From assembly GCA_043813365.1 (NCBI GenBank), contig JBDRLB010000040.1, positions 1 through 39,161 on the forward strand: a stretch of 39,161 nucleotides of DNA, read 5' to 3'. The stretch's first letter is position 1. Every line of letters begins with the position of its first letter. Under the pieces are notes generated by a model. That model saw only the letters and a program-made list of their open reading frames with translations. It was not told the origin of the DNA and did not search any database. This DNA is from Candidatus Micrarchaeota archaeon. Lineage in GTDB: Archaea > Micrarchaeota > Micrarchaeia > Norongarragalinales > SBBD01. A program made the translations under genes and the position numbers. Of the stretch, positions 29,317 through 37,769 are shown piece after piece.

Positions 29317-29522
29317 GGCCGTTCCCGAGGTGCAAATGCGATCGCGGCAATTTCCTATCCGATTTTCAATTTCCGGAATTTGAGCAGCTAGCCTGTTTTC
29401 ATCTAATCTGGGTTGAACGTCGGTTTTAGGGACTTCCTCCGGAGGGGGAGCAATTCATGCCCCCATGGAATGGGGCATTCCAACTTCCGCCGCAATTGCA
29501 GTGCATGAGCCCGGGAACGGCC
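29317..29522 (+). ncRNA. Unidentified structured ncRNA candidate (about 206 nt, four-way junction)
   Basis: 11-bp terminal stem GGCCGTTCCCG/CGGGAACGGCC, nested stems and three arms with G-U pairs favouring the + strand; TTTAAA at 29288-29293 upstream; T-rich tract downstream. Confidence 0.65.
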
Positions 29523-29644
29523 TTTTCCTATTTCTTTTTCCGCAATGCTTGGGCAAGGCAAAACAACCTTTTTAAACGTTGATCGCTAGAATAATTCCCT
29601 CAAAATCTGATTCTTAAAGTCAGAAAGTTTAATGGTGTCCAGTT

Positions 29645-31831
29645 ATGGCGCGGAAAGAGAACATTGCGGATGAAGCACAGAAGATGATGTCCAACCGGGA
29701 AAATATCCGGAACATCGGGATTGTTGCACACGTAGACCACGGAAAGACCACGCTGAGCGACTCGCTTGTAGCGCTTGCAGGCCTGATCTCCCAAGAGCTT
29801 GCTGGAGAGCAAAGAGTTCTTGATTACGACGAGCAGGAGCAGGCGCGGGGGATTACCATCAAGGCCGCCAACATTTCAATCCCATATACCTATGAGGGTC
29901 AGCCCTACCTGATCAATCTCATTGATACGCCCGGCCACGTAGATTTCGGAGGCCATGTGACGAGGGCGATGCGTGCGGTTGACGGGGCAATAGTTGTCAT
30001 CGATTGCGTGGAAGGCATCATGCCCCAGACCGAAACCGTCCTTCGGCAGGCATTGAAAGAAAAGGTGAAGCCAGTTGTATTCATCAATAAAATAGACCGT
30101 TACATCAACGAGCTGAAATTGGATGCGGCGCAGATGCAGCAGCGCTTCCTGAAAATCATCACCGGCGTCAATAAGCTGATCACAACTTATGCCTCCGAGG
30201 AGTTCAAAACGGAGTGGCAAATCGAAGTTCCCAAGGGGAATGTGGCTTTCGGCACGGCTTTCAACAAATGGGCGATTTCCGGCAAGCAGATGAAAAAGGC
30301 AGGCATCACCTTCAAGGACATTTATCAGGCATGCGTCGAGGGCCAGCACAAGGACCTCCAGAAGAAAATCCCGCTTGGCCCCGTAATAATGGACATCATC
30401 ATCAATCACCTTCCCAACCCGCTGGTTGCGCAAAAATACCGTGTTCCAGTAATCTGGCATGGCGACCTGGATAGCGATTTAGGGAAGAGCATGACGAATG
30501 TGGATGCCGCAGGAAAGGCGTGCTTCATGGTAACTGCGATACAAATGGATCCCCATGCGGGAGAAGTGGCTGTAGGAAGGCTATATTCGGGCACGCTCCA
30601 CAAGGGAAGCGACCTATACCTTGCATCGCAATTCAAGAAGGAAAAGCTGCAGGGAGTGGCGGTTTACATGGGTCAAGACCGCGTAACGATCGATTCGGTG
30701 CCAGCTGGCAATATCGTGGCGCTTGTCGGGCTCAAGGAGGTCTATTCCGGGGAAACAGTTTCCGAGGATCAAGTCACGCCATTCGAGCAAATCAAGCATC
30801 ATTCCGTTCCTGTTGTCACGAAGAGCATCGAGGCGAAGAACCCCCGCGATCTAGTCAAGTTAGTTGAGGTCATGAAGAAACTAGGCAAGGAAGACCCTAC
30901 AATGAAGCTGGAGATCAACCAGGACACCGGTGAGCACCTCATTTCGGGCATGGGCGAGCTCCACCTCGAGATTATCGAGTATAAGATCAAGAACGAGAAT
31001 GGGGTTGACATAGTCACTTCGCCGCCAATAGTCGTTTACCAGGAGTCGGTTTTTGGCGAATCGCCCGAATTGGAAGGGAAATCGCCCAACAAGCACAACA
31101 AGTTCAAAATAGAGGTCAAGCCCGTTGAGAAATCCGTCATTGATGCTATTAACGACGGCACAATAGACGAGCACAAGAAGGTCAAGGAGCTAATAGAGCT
31201 CCTGATCAAAGCTGGCCTGCCCCGTGATGAGGCCAAATCCGTCATGTGCATACATAACGGCAATTTCTTCCTTGACATGACCAAAGGGGTGCAGTATTTG
31301 ACGGACATCAAGGAAACCATCATTACCGCATTTGAGGAGGCGATGAACCAGGGCCCGCTTGCGAAGGAGAAGTGCATAGGCGTCAAGGTAATACTTACGG
31401 ATGCTGCAATCCACGTTGACCCCGCTCACAGGGGGCCGGCACAGCTTTTCCCCGCCATTAAGCGGCCCATATACGCGGGTATGCTGATGGCCAAGGCAAC
31501 ATTGCTGGAGCCGAAGCAGAAATTGGTAGTCAATTCCCCCTCCGAATACCTAGGCAACATCACAACCAAAGTGCAGGGAAGGCGCGCAATCATCGAGAAC
31601 ATCGAGCAGGAGGGCGAAGTGGTCACGGTAACAGCAAAAATACCGGTTGCGGAGATGTTCGGCTTTGCGAATGAGATCCGCGGAGCCACCCAAGGGAGAG
31701 CTGCATGGTACTATGAATATGCCGGCTATGAGAAGCTCAACCCTGATATGCAGGCACGTGTGCAGGCACTGATCCGGAAGAGGAAGGGCGAGCCCGAAAC
31801 CGCTCCGACAGCGAAGGACTTCATGGAGTAA
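29645..31831 (+). CDS. fusA: Translation elongation factor aEF-2
   Basis: AHVDHGKTT, RGITI, DTPGHVDF, NKID, GMGELHLE, diphthamide loop DPAHRGPAQ. Confidence 0.98.
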   Translation: MARKENIADEAQKMMSNRENIRNIGIVAHVDHGKTTLSDSLVALAGLISQELAGEQRVLDYDEQEQARGITIKAANISIPYTYEGQPYLINLIDTPGHVDFGGHVTRAMRAVDGAIVVIDCVEGIMPQTETVLRQALKEKVKPVVFINKIDRYINELKLDAAQMQQRFLKIITGVNKLITTYASEEFKTEWQIEVPKGNVAFGTAFNKWAISGKQMKKAGITFKDIYQACVEGQHKDLQKKIPLGPVIMDIIINHLPNPLVAQKYRVPVIWHGDLDSDLGKSMTNVDAAGKACFMVTAIQMDPHAGEVAVGRLYSGTLHKGSDLYLASQFKKEKLQGVAVYMGQDRVTIDSVPAGNIVALVGLKEVYSGETVSEDQVTPFEQIKHHSVPVVTKSIEAKNPRDLVKLVEVMKKLGKEDPTMKLEINQDTGEHLISGMGELHLEIIEYKIKNENGVDIVTSPPIVVYQESVFGESPELEGKSPNKHNKFKIEVKPVEKSVIDAINDGTIDEHKKVKELIELLIKAGLPRDEAKSVMCIHNGNFFLDMTKGVQYLTDIKETIITAFEEAMNQGPLAKEKCIGVKVILTDAAIHVDPAHRGPAQLFPAIKRPIYAGMLMAKATLLEPKQKLVVNSPSEYLGNITTKVQGRRAIIENIEQEGEVVTVTAKIPVAEMFGFANEIRGATQGRAAWYYEYAGYEKLNPDMQARVQALIRKRKGEPETAPTAKDFME

Positions 31832-31846
31832 TGGATTATTTTACAA

Positions 31847-32413
31847 TTATTTTTTTTCCTCTAGTTTGACCTCCACCGGTTTCCTTTCGCCTTCAGCAGC
31901 TCCGAAATATTCCCTCGCAGGCATCCCCGCCAGACCGGCAATCACGTTCCAGGGGAATATTGCGATAGAGTTATTGTAATTCAGTGCAGTATCGTTATAG
32001 AAGGAGCGCGAATAAGCAATTCTCTCCTCAGCATCCGAAATCTCATCCTGCAAATGCAGGAAATTCTCATTTGCCTTCAATACGGGGTAATTTTCCGCGA
32101 CTGCTATAAGTGATTTTACGGATTTTTGCATCTGCTCGTTCGCGTTGAACTTTTCCCCGACTGTTTTAGCGCCTTCGAACATGCTCCTTGCTTTCGCGAT
32201 ATTTTCAAAAACGCTCCTCTCGAATTTCGCATAACCCTTTACGACTTCAACTAGATTCGGTATCAGATCATATCTCCTTTTCATCTGGATGTCAATCTGG
32301 CTCCACGAATCATGGCACCTCTCACGCAGTTGCACGAGCCGGTTGTACACGATTACGCAAGCGATTGCCAGCAAAACTAGCGATGCCCCGATTATTTGCA
32401 AAATGAAATCCAT
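31847..32413 (-). CDS. lemA: LemA family protein
   Basis: YNRLV, WSQIDIQMKRRYDLIPNLV, AENYPVLKANENF, RSFYND, FPWN. Confidence 0.93.
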   Translation of the reverse strand: MDFILQIIGASLVLLAIACVIVYNRLVQLRERCHDSWSQIDIQMKRRYDLIPNLVEVVKGYAKFERSVFENIAKARSMFEGAKTVGEKFNANEQMQKSVKSLIAVAENYPVLKANENFLHLQDEISDAEERIAYSRSFYNDTALNYNNSIAIFPWNVIAGLAGMPAREYFGAAEGERKPVEVKLEEKK

Positions 32414-32421
32414 TTTCAACC

Positions 32422-33159
32422 TCAATTCCCCATGATTGTTCCTAGCATTCCAAAGGGCGAAAATGAAAAGCTGAAAAATAACGCGCCCAAAATCATGAGC
32501 GCCCCGATTATCCCCAAAACATAACCTATTGCCGTATTGAGCTTGTCATCAGAGCGCATTTCCGCAATGAATTCCGTCTCCGTTTTCGTTGCAGCCGCAA
32601 TCGGCTCCGAAGCGCTCTTCTTCACGATGAGCCCTCCTTGGTCCTTGAAAACCATCCCATACACGAATGCTTTCTCAACAGGTATCGCGTACTCCCTCTT
32701 CCTCATGTGAAAACCTTCCGAACTATGCACCTTCACTCCCCTGATAAGATCCTGTTCTGCCCCATTCAGGTCAACACAGATTGATCCTGTTGGATCAACT
32801 AGCTGGAATTCAGCTGTTCTCACAATATCCTCGACCGTTTGCCAGTATCCGTGCTTCCTCCCCTTTGAATCCGTCTCCTCATGGTATTCCTCCGTGATGC
32901 TGTGTGACCAAACGCACTGGGAACCGCTGTATGGAGCGATCGCGGGCTTATTGCATACAATTTTGGAAAACGTTTTCACCGGTACCCCGTCAATCGCATC
33001 GTGGAGGTCAGTCGGGGGAAGCCTTTGGATTTTGTAGAGCGCCTTATCTTCATCCTTCGTTTTTTTCAGGATGAACCAGCCTACAGCAAGGAAAACCAAT
33101 CCCATTAAACCCAGAATCATCCTTGCTTCGGAAAAGAAACTGCCAATCGGATCCGCCAT
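32422..33159 (-). CDS. GIDE-domain membrane protein (paralog 3)
   Basis: TM - P(T)DLHDA...CVW...EEY...WQTV...F.LVDPTGSI.VDL.GA...KREY - TM; stop abuts lemA. Confidence 0.72.
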   Translation of the reverse strand: MADPIGSFFSEARMILGLMGLVFLAVGWFILKKTKDEDKALYKIQRLPPTDLHDAIDGVPVKTFSKIVCNKPAIAPYSGSQCVWSHSITEEYHEETDSKGRKHGYWQTVEDIVRTAEFQLVDPTGSICVDLNGAEQDLIRGVKVHSSEGFHMRKREYAIPVEKAFVYGMVFKDQGGLIVKKSASEPIAAATKTETEFIAEMRSDDKLNTAIGYVLGIIGALMILGALFFSFSFSPFGMLGTIMGN

Positions 33160-33208
33160 AATAAAACCATATTAGGAAAATCAATAACCCTTAATTAAGC
33201 CGCATTAT

Positions 33209-33898
33209 TCATTTCGCCAGCCACATCATTATACCGCTTCCAATCAGCAACCCGATTCCCAGGATTGCGCCCGCAATGATCTGCATCTTGTCGTCTCCGC
33301 ACATGTGCCTTATGAACTCTTTTTCCGTCCGGTAACTCGCTATTAGCGGCTCGATCTCATCCTTCGCAATAACAAGGCCGGCGGCATTCTTCCTGCTTTT
33401 TCCAAGCACGAAAATCCCGCTGTCGGGCCTAATTATCCACTCCCTTTTCCTCACCTTCCTTCCCATCTTCAATCCGAGGAAATCCGTGACGTTTTCAAGC
33501 CCCTCCTACCTTAAAACGTCCTCAGGGTCTATCCAATTCTTATCTGCGCCATTCAAGTCGACATTGATCCAGCCTGTCGCATCCCTCACCTCGAACGGAA
33601 TGGTCACAATCTTGTCCAGCACTGTAATCCACCTGCTGCTTTTCCCCTGCTTGCGGTATTCCTCCTTAAATGAATGGTAGTAAACGCACTCCCTATTGGC
33701 GAGTTCGGAAACCACCGTATTGATGGGCTCCACCTTCCCTGAAATTTTCATCAGCACGTTCTCAGTCGCATCCTCTAGCTCAGTTGGCGGCTGCCTTTCC
33801 AGCTTATACAATAACTCATCCTCCCCTTTCTGCGCCATTATTGCCGCAACTCCTAATGCAGTAAGGACGAACCCCAGCAAGATGTATTCGAATACCAT
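33209..33898 (-). pseudogene. GIDE-domain membrane protein (paralog 2) with one in-frame TAG at 33506-33508
   Basis: ORFs 33506-33898 and 33209-33472 are in one frame; readthrough gives DVLR*EGLENVTDFLGLKMGRKVRKREW, aligning with paralog QVLNWEG...RKREW. Confidence 0.78.
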
Positions 33899-33957
33899 GA
33901 AAAGGTTAATCTCCGGGGGTATAAATAGTTTTCAAAATCAGGAAAGCCACCAGTGAA

Positions 33958-34800
33958 TCAAATGCCCTTCCACCAACCAAGGACGAGTGAAATGTATATA
34001 CCGAACATGGCAATGCCACCTATTGCAGCAAGGTAGCCGAGTGCCATCTGCGTCTTGTCATCGCTTCTTTTCCCTTTCAGGTAATCCGCTTCGGTTTTTA
34101 TGCTCGCGACGAGCTTAACCCTCTGGTCCGGCTGCAGAGTCAAGCCTTCCGGCTCCTTTTTGGCCATTCCGTAGAGGAATAATTGCGAATCCGGCCGGAG
34201 TATCCATTCCCTTTTCCTTGCACGCACCGACCCAAGCCTGATTCCGCCGATTATTTCAACCCCGCTTTTATTGCCCTCCCAATTGAGCACTTGCTCGAAT
34301 TCCGAGTTGTTCATTTCGGCCTCATTCTGGCTAGCCAATAGCTGTTGCGGAGGGATGCTCTTCGAAACTTCCACCATCCTTCCCATCATCGCAATTGGAT
34401 TGGCCGGCGCATTTGTCATGCGCAAGGCATCGAGAATTTTCCTTTTTGCAGGCCCGAGCAAATCAACCCTTATTTTCCCGGTGCCGTCATCCAAATAAAA
34501 CGGCTCAAAGCCGTAATCATAGAATACGGTAACCCACTTGCTGCTTTTCCCCTGCTTGCGGTATTCCTCCTCCGTGCTAAGGAAGTAGACGCAATCCTGC
34601 TTCTGGTAATATGATTTGAGCAGTTTGATGGGTGCAATTTTTCCCCTCGCTTTGATTACTACGTCCGCAACCGCATCCTCCAATTCGATGGGAGGGAGCC
34701 TCTCTATTTTATAGAGCTCCTCATCTTCCTTGCGCTGGTTGTTGATCATCACGAGGCCAATACCAAGCCCGATTATGCCGAAAAGAAGAATTTGCCACAT
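33958..34800 (-). CDS. GIDE-domain membrane protein (paralog 1)
   Basis: TM - LYKIERLPP.ELEDA...DCVYF...EEYRKQGKSSKWVTV...PFYLDDGTGKIRVD...RKREWILRPD - TM. Confidence 0.75.
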   Translation of the reverse strand: MWQILLFGIIGLGIGLVMINNQRKEDEELYKIERLPPIELEDAVADVVIKARGKIAPIKLLKSYYQKQDCVYFLSTEEEYRKQGKSSKWVTVFYDYGFEPFYLDDGTGKIRVDLLGPAKRKILDALRMTNAPANPIAMMGRMVEVSKSIPPQQLLASQNEAEMNNSEFEQVLNWEGNKSGVEIIGGIRLGSVRARKREWILRPDSQLFLYGMAKKEPEGLTLQPDQRVKLVASIKTEADYLKGKRSDDKTQMALGYLAAIGGIAMFGIYISLVLGWWKGI

Positions 34801-34873
34801 AGCATAAGGAAATCATTAGAGGTTTATAAACAATTATTATCGGTTGCATTTTATTGCAAAATCAGGAAAAGCA

Positions 34874-35179
34874 TCAGCCCAAATTCATCTCAAGCAGGAC
34901 GGATTTCGGGATTTCCATCCTCATTATGTCGCGGAGCACGCGGTCATCCGCCTTTATCTCTATAAGGCGCTTATGGATCCGGAGCTGCCATTTTTCATAC
35001 GTGTCGGAGCCGTCGCCGCAGGGCGTTTTCCTAGTTGTTAGAGAGAGTTTTTTTGTAGGCAGGGGGATTGGCCCCCTGAACTCGACTCCGGCCTTCTTTG
35101 CAATATCCCTTATCTGGCCGCATACGCCATCAAGGTCCGCATAGCTCTGCGATTCCAGCTTGATCCTTGCCTTATTCAT
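34874..35179 (-). CDS. rpsJ: 30S ribosomal protein uS10
   Basis: KARIKL, GPIPLPTK, TRKTPCGDGSDTYEKWQLRIHKRLI. ATG at 35179. Confidence 0.97.
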   Translation of the reverse strand: MNKARIKLESQSYADLDGVCGQIRDIAKKAGVEFRGPIPLPTKKLSLTTRKTPCGDGSDTYEKWQLRIHKRLIEIKADDRVLRDIMRMEIPKSVLLEMNLG

Positions 35180-35323
35180 AAATTTCCACTTTGCTATGAA
35201 TACCAATTGGGAAACGAATCCCGCATATTCCAAAACTATCCATTCCAAACAAATCGCGAGTTGCCTCGCAATGCCTTCTCTCACATGAAAAAATTTAAAA
35301 AAACCAAAAAATTGCGATGAGGT

Positions 35324-36616
35324 TCACGCCACAGCCTTCCTTGGCACGACGTCCAATACGACGCCCGCTGCAACGGTCTGGCCCATATCCCTGATTGCAA
35401 ACCTTCCCAACGCCGGGTATTCCGAGTATTTCTCCACTACGGTTGCCTTGGTGGGCTTGACCTTCACGATCGCGACGTCACCCGTCTTGATGAAGTCAGG
35501 ATTCTTCTGGGCTGTTTGGCCAGTTTTGGGGTCCTTTTTCTCCAAAATTTCAGTTATCTGGCATGCGACCTGCGATGTGTGCAGGTGGAATACCGGAGTA
35601 TAATTCTTCCCGATTGCAGTCGGGTGGTTGAGGACGACGATTTGTGCGGTAAATTCTTCCGCAACCATTGGCGGATTTTTTGGGTCGCCAACAACCGAAC
35701 CCCTCTTTATCGCTTTCTTTTCAACGCCCTTCAGTGCGAAGCCTATGTTGTCCCCCGGAATTGCCTGTGCAAGCGATTGGTGGTGCATCTCGATGCTCTT
35801 TACCTCTGCAGTGACGTTCTCTGGCATTATCACAACGCTCATATTCGGCCTCAGGATTCCGCTTTCCACTCTTCCAACTGGAACGGTTCCTTGGCCGGTG
35901 ATGGTCAATACTTCCTGTATCGGAAGCCTCAGCGGCTTGTCCGTTGCCTTCTTTGGCTCGACTAACAAATCAAGAGCTTCCTTGAATGTGGGGCCGGAAT
36001 ACCATTCCATGTTGTTCTTCTTGTCCTTGCCTTCCCTCTGGCCGACATTGTCTCCCATATAGGCCGAAACCGGGATCACGGGTATTTTGTCAATTGGGTA
36101 TCCCATCGGCCGGATCTTGTCTACGAGCGCTTTTTTCACTTCCTCGTATTTCACGCGGTTGTAATCAACTGCATCCATCTTGTTGATCGCAATGATGAAC
36201 TGCGACACTCCAAGCACCTTCAAAAGGAATGCGTGCTCAATAGTCTGTGCCTGCACTCCCTCTTTCGCGGAGCAAACCAGCACTGCCGCATCAGCCTGCG
36301 ATGCTCCTGTAATCATGTTCTTTACGAAGTCCTTGTGTCCTGGTGCATCGATGATCGTGAAGTAGAATTTCTGCGTGTGGAAGTCGCGGTGGGCGATGTC
36401 AATTGTGACTCCCCTTTCCCTTTCCTCCTTCAGCTGGTCCATTGCGAATGCGAACTCGAAAGTCGCCTTCCCTACTTTTGCAGCCTCCTCCTTCAGTTTC
36501 CTGAGGTCGTTCTCCGTAAGTGCTCCGGTGTCGTACAATACCCTTCCCACAAGGGTGCTCTTCCCATGGTCCACGTGGCCGGTGAAGATCAAATTCAAGT
36601 GAGGTTTTTCTGCCAT
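35324..36616 (-). CDS. tuf: Translation elongation factor aEF-1alpha
   Basis: MAEKPHLN, GHVDHGKST, ERERGVTI, DAPGHKDFVKNMITGASQAD, NKMD, GRFAIRDMGQT. Confidence 0.98.
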   Translation of the reverse strand: MAEKPHLNLIFTGHVDHGKSTLVGRVLYDTGALTENDLRKLKEEAAKVGKATFEFAFAMDQLKEERERGVTIDIAHRDFHTQKFYFTIIDAPGHKDFVKNMITGASQADAAVLVCSAKEGVQAQTIEHAFLLKVLGVSQFIIAINKMDAVDYNRVKYEEVKKALVDKIRPMGYPIDKIPVIPVSAYMGDNVGQREGKDKKNNMEWYSGPTFKEALDLLVEPKKATDKPLRLPIQEVLTITGQGTVPVGRVESGILRPNMSVVIMPENVTAEVKSIEMHHQSLAQAIPGDNIGFALKGVEKKAIKRGSVVGDPKNPPMVAEEFTAQIVVLNHPTAIGKNYTPVFHLHTSQVACQITEILEKKDPKTGQTAQKNPDFIKTGDVAIVKVKPTKATVVEKYSEYPALGRFAIRDMGQTVAAGVVLDVVPRKAVA

Positions 36617-36888
36617 ATCTTCATACACCCGCAAATTGCTTTATTTCAAAAAATAAATATTTTTCCAGTTCCATGCCATACCGCAAGCTATTACTAGCTG
36701 TGCATTTCCCACAGAATCAGCCATGATGAGCCTCTCAGCTGAAAAGAACCATTTAAAGTACCGATTAATCTTTAAAAAGGTTGCGATTTCACCCCCCTCG
36801 TAAATGATGCTTGGCAAATCCCAATCAATATCAATAAATACTTATCCTCCAATTAAAAATAACCGTTCCTGATTATTAGGCGATAAAA

Positions 36889-37050
36889 ATGACCACTTAT
36901 TTCCCGAATGACGAGACAAGCTGGGCGCTTCTTGCGCTGATTTTGATATATGCAATGTTCAACAGCGGGGTGCAGTTCTCCCTGCCGGCAGTGGGCGCGA
37001 TGGTTTTCATCGGCTACATCATAATCGGCACTGCGCAGCAGCACCACTAA
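36889..37050 (+). CDS. Small two-helix membrane protein (53 aa)
   Basis: MTTYFPNDETSWALLALILIYAMFNSGVQFSLPAVGAMVFIGYIIIGTAQQHH*; AGGCGA upstream; stop overlaps the ribL stop. Not in the ORF track. Confidence 0.6.
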   Translation: MTTYFPNDETSWALLALILIYAMFNSGVQFSLPAVGAMVFIGYIIIGTAQQHH

Positions 37051-37475
37051 TTTTTCCTTATTTTCTTTTTCAACTTCGAGCTCTTGAACTGGTGCGGCTT
37101 GTACGCTTGCGCCCTCACTATTTTCTGAGGCCTGAATCCCTGTGCAACCAGCTGTTCCATCAGTTCTGCTGTTTTCATCGGCTGGTCGTACCCAAAAACT
37201 ATTATTTCCGGCTTATTGTCCAGAATGGGTTTAAGCGAATTTACTTTATCCCCCGGGATCACTTCATCCACTAGCGGCTCCTTTTGCACATGCGCCATCC
37301 TCTCCTTCTGGGAATACCATGGCTTCTTCCCCTTGAAATGCATTATCCGTGCATCGCTCGCAACAACAACAAGCAGCTTTGAATCCTTCCCGCCGATTTC
37401 CTTCGCCTGCCTGAAAAGCGACCGGTGGCCATCATGGATGACGTCGAATGCGCCGAATGTCATTACCTTTACCAT
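37047..37475 (-). CDS. ribL: Archaeal FAD synthetase / cytidylyltransferase family
   Basis: FGAFDVIHDGH (HxGH), VVVASD, KPEIIVFGYDQ, KSSKL. Confidence 0.75.
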   Translation of the reverse strand: MVKVMTFGAFDVIHDGHRSLFRQAKEIGGKDSKLLVVVASDARIMHFKGKKPWYSQKERMAHVQKEPLVDEVIPGDKVNSLKPILDNKPEIIVFGYDQPMKTAELMEQLVAQGFRPQKIVRAQAYKPHQFKSSKLKKKIRKN

Positions 37476-37529
37476 GCCATCACTCCAAAAATTAGAATTA
37501 GCAGTTTTTAGCCCTATCGTTTTGATGAA

Positions 37530-37682
37530 TCAGGGGCCTTCAAATCCGCATTCCTTGCAGCTGTATTTGTTCCCGTTTTCAGAGCAGCTCTTGCACCTTA
37601 CGATTTTGCCCTTGTCGCATTCCGGGCACGGGAATACGGTTGCCTCCTGCGCAATCCTTCCGCAGCTTGAACATGACCTCAT
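37530..37682 (-). CDS. Small zinc-finger protein (DUF1610 / HVO_2753 family)
   Basis: MRSCSSCG...FPCPECDKGKIVRCKSC...YSCKECGFEGP*; four CxxC pairs; AGGTGA RBS. Not in the ORF track. Confidence 0.9.
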   Translation of the reverse strand: MRSCSSCGRIAQEATVFPCPECDKGKIVRCKSCSENGNKYSCKECGFEGP

Positions 37683-37769
37683 TTTTTCTCACCTTATGAA
37701 TATTGGAGGCTATTTTTATCTAGATTCGTGTTTAAAAGGCATATCTCTGATAATATTACGTTTTTTAAC

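Noticed and set aside
29429..29439. Minus-strand GAGGAAGTCCC resembling the RNase P RNA P4 5' strand
   Set aside because: No complementary P4 3' strand or ACAGAA..GGCUUA element in position, and G-U pairs favour the + strand; a cmscan would settle it.
29433..29453. CCGGAGGGGGAGCAA resembling SRP RNA helix 8
   Set aside because: The opposing CAGG of the SRP54-binding symmetric loop is absent, and no Alu-domain motif is seen.
29291..29569. 9-nt direct repeat AAACAACCT (29291-29299, 29561-29569) around the structured element, as a possible target-site duplication
   Set aside because: Not adjacent to the inverted ends (17 and 38 nt away), and both copies abut TATA-like boxes; probably promoter context or chance.
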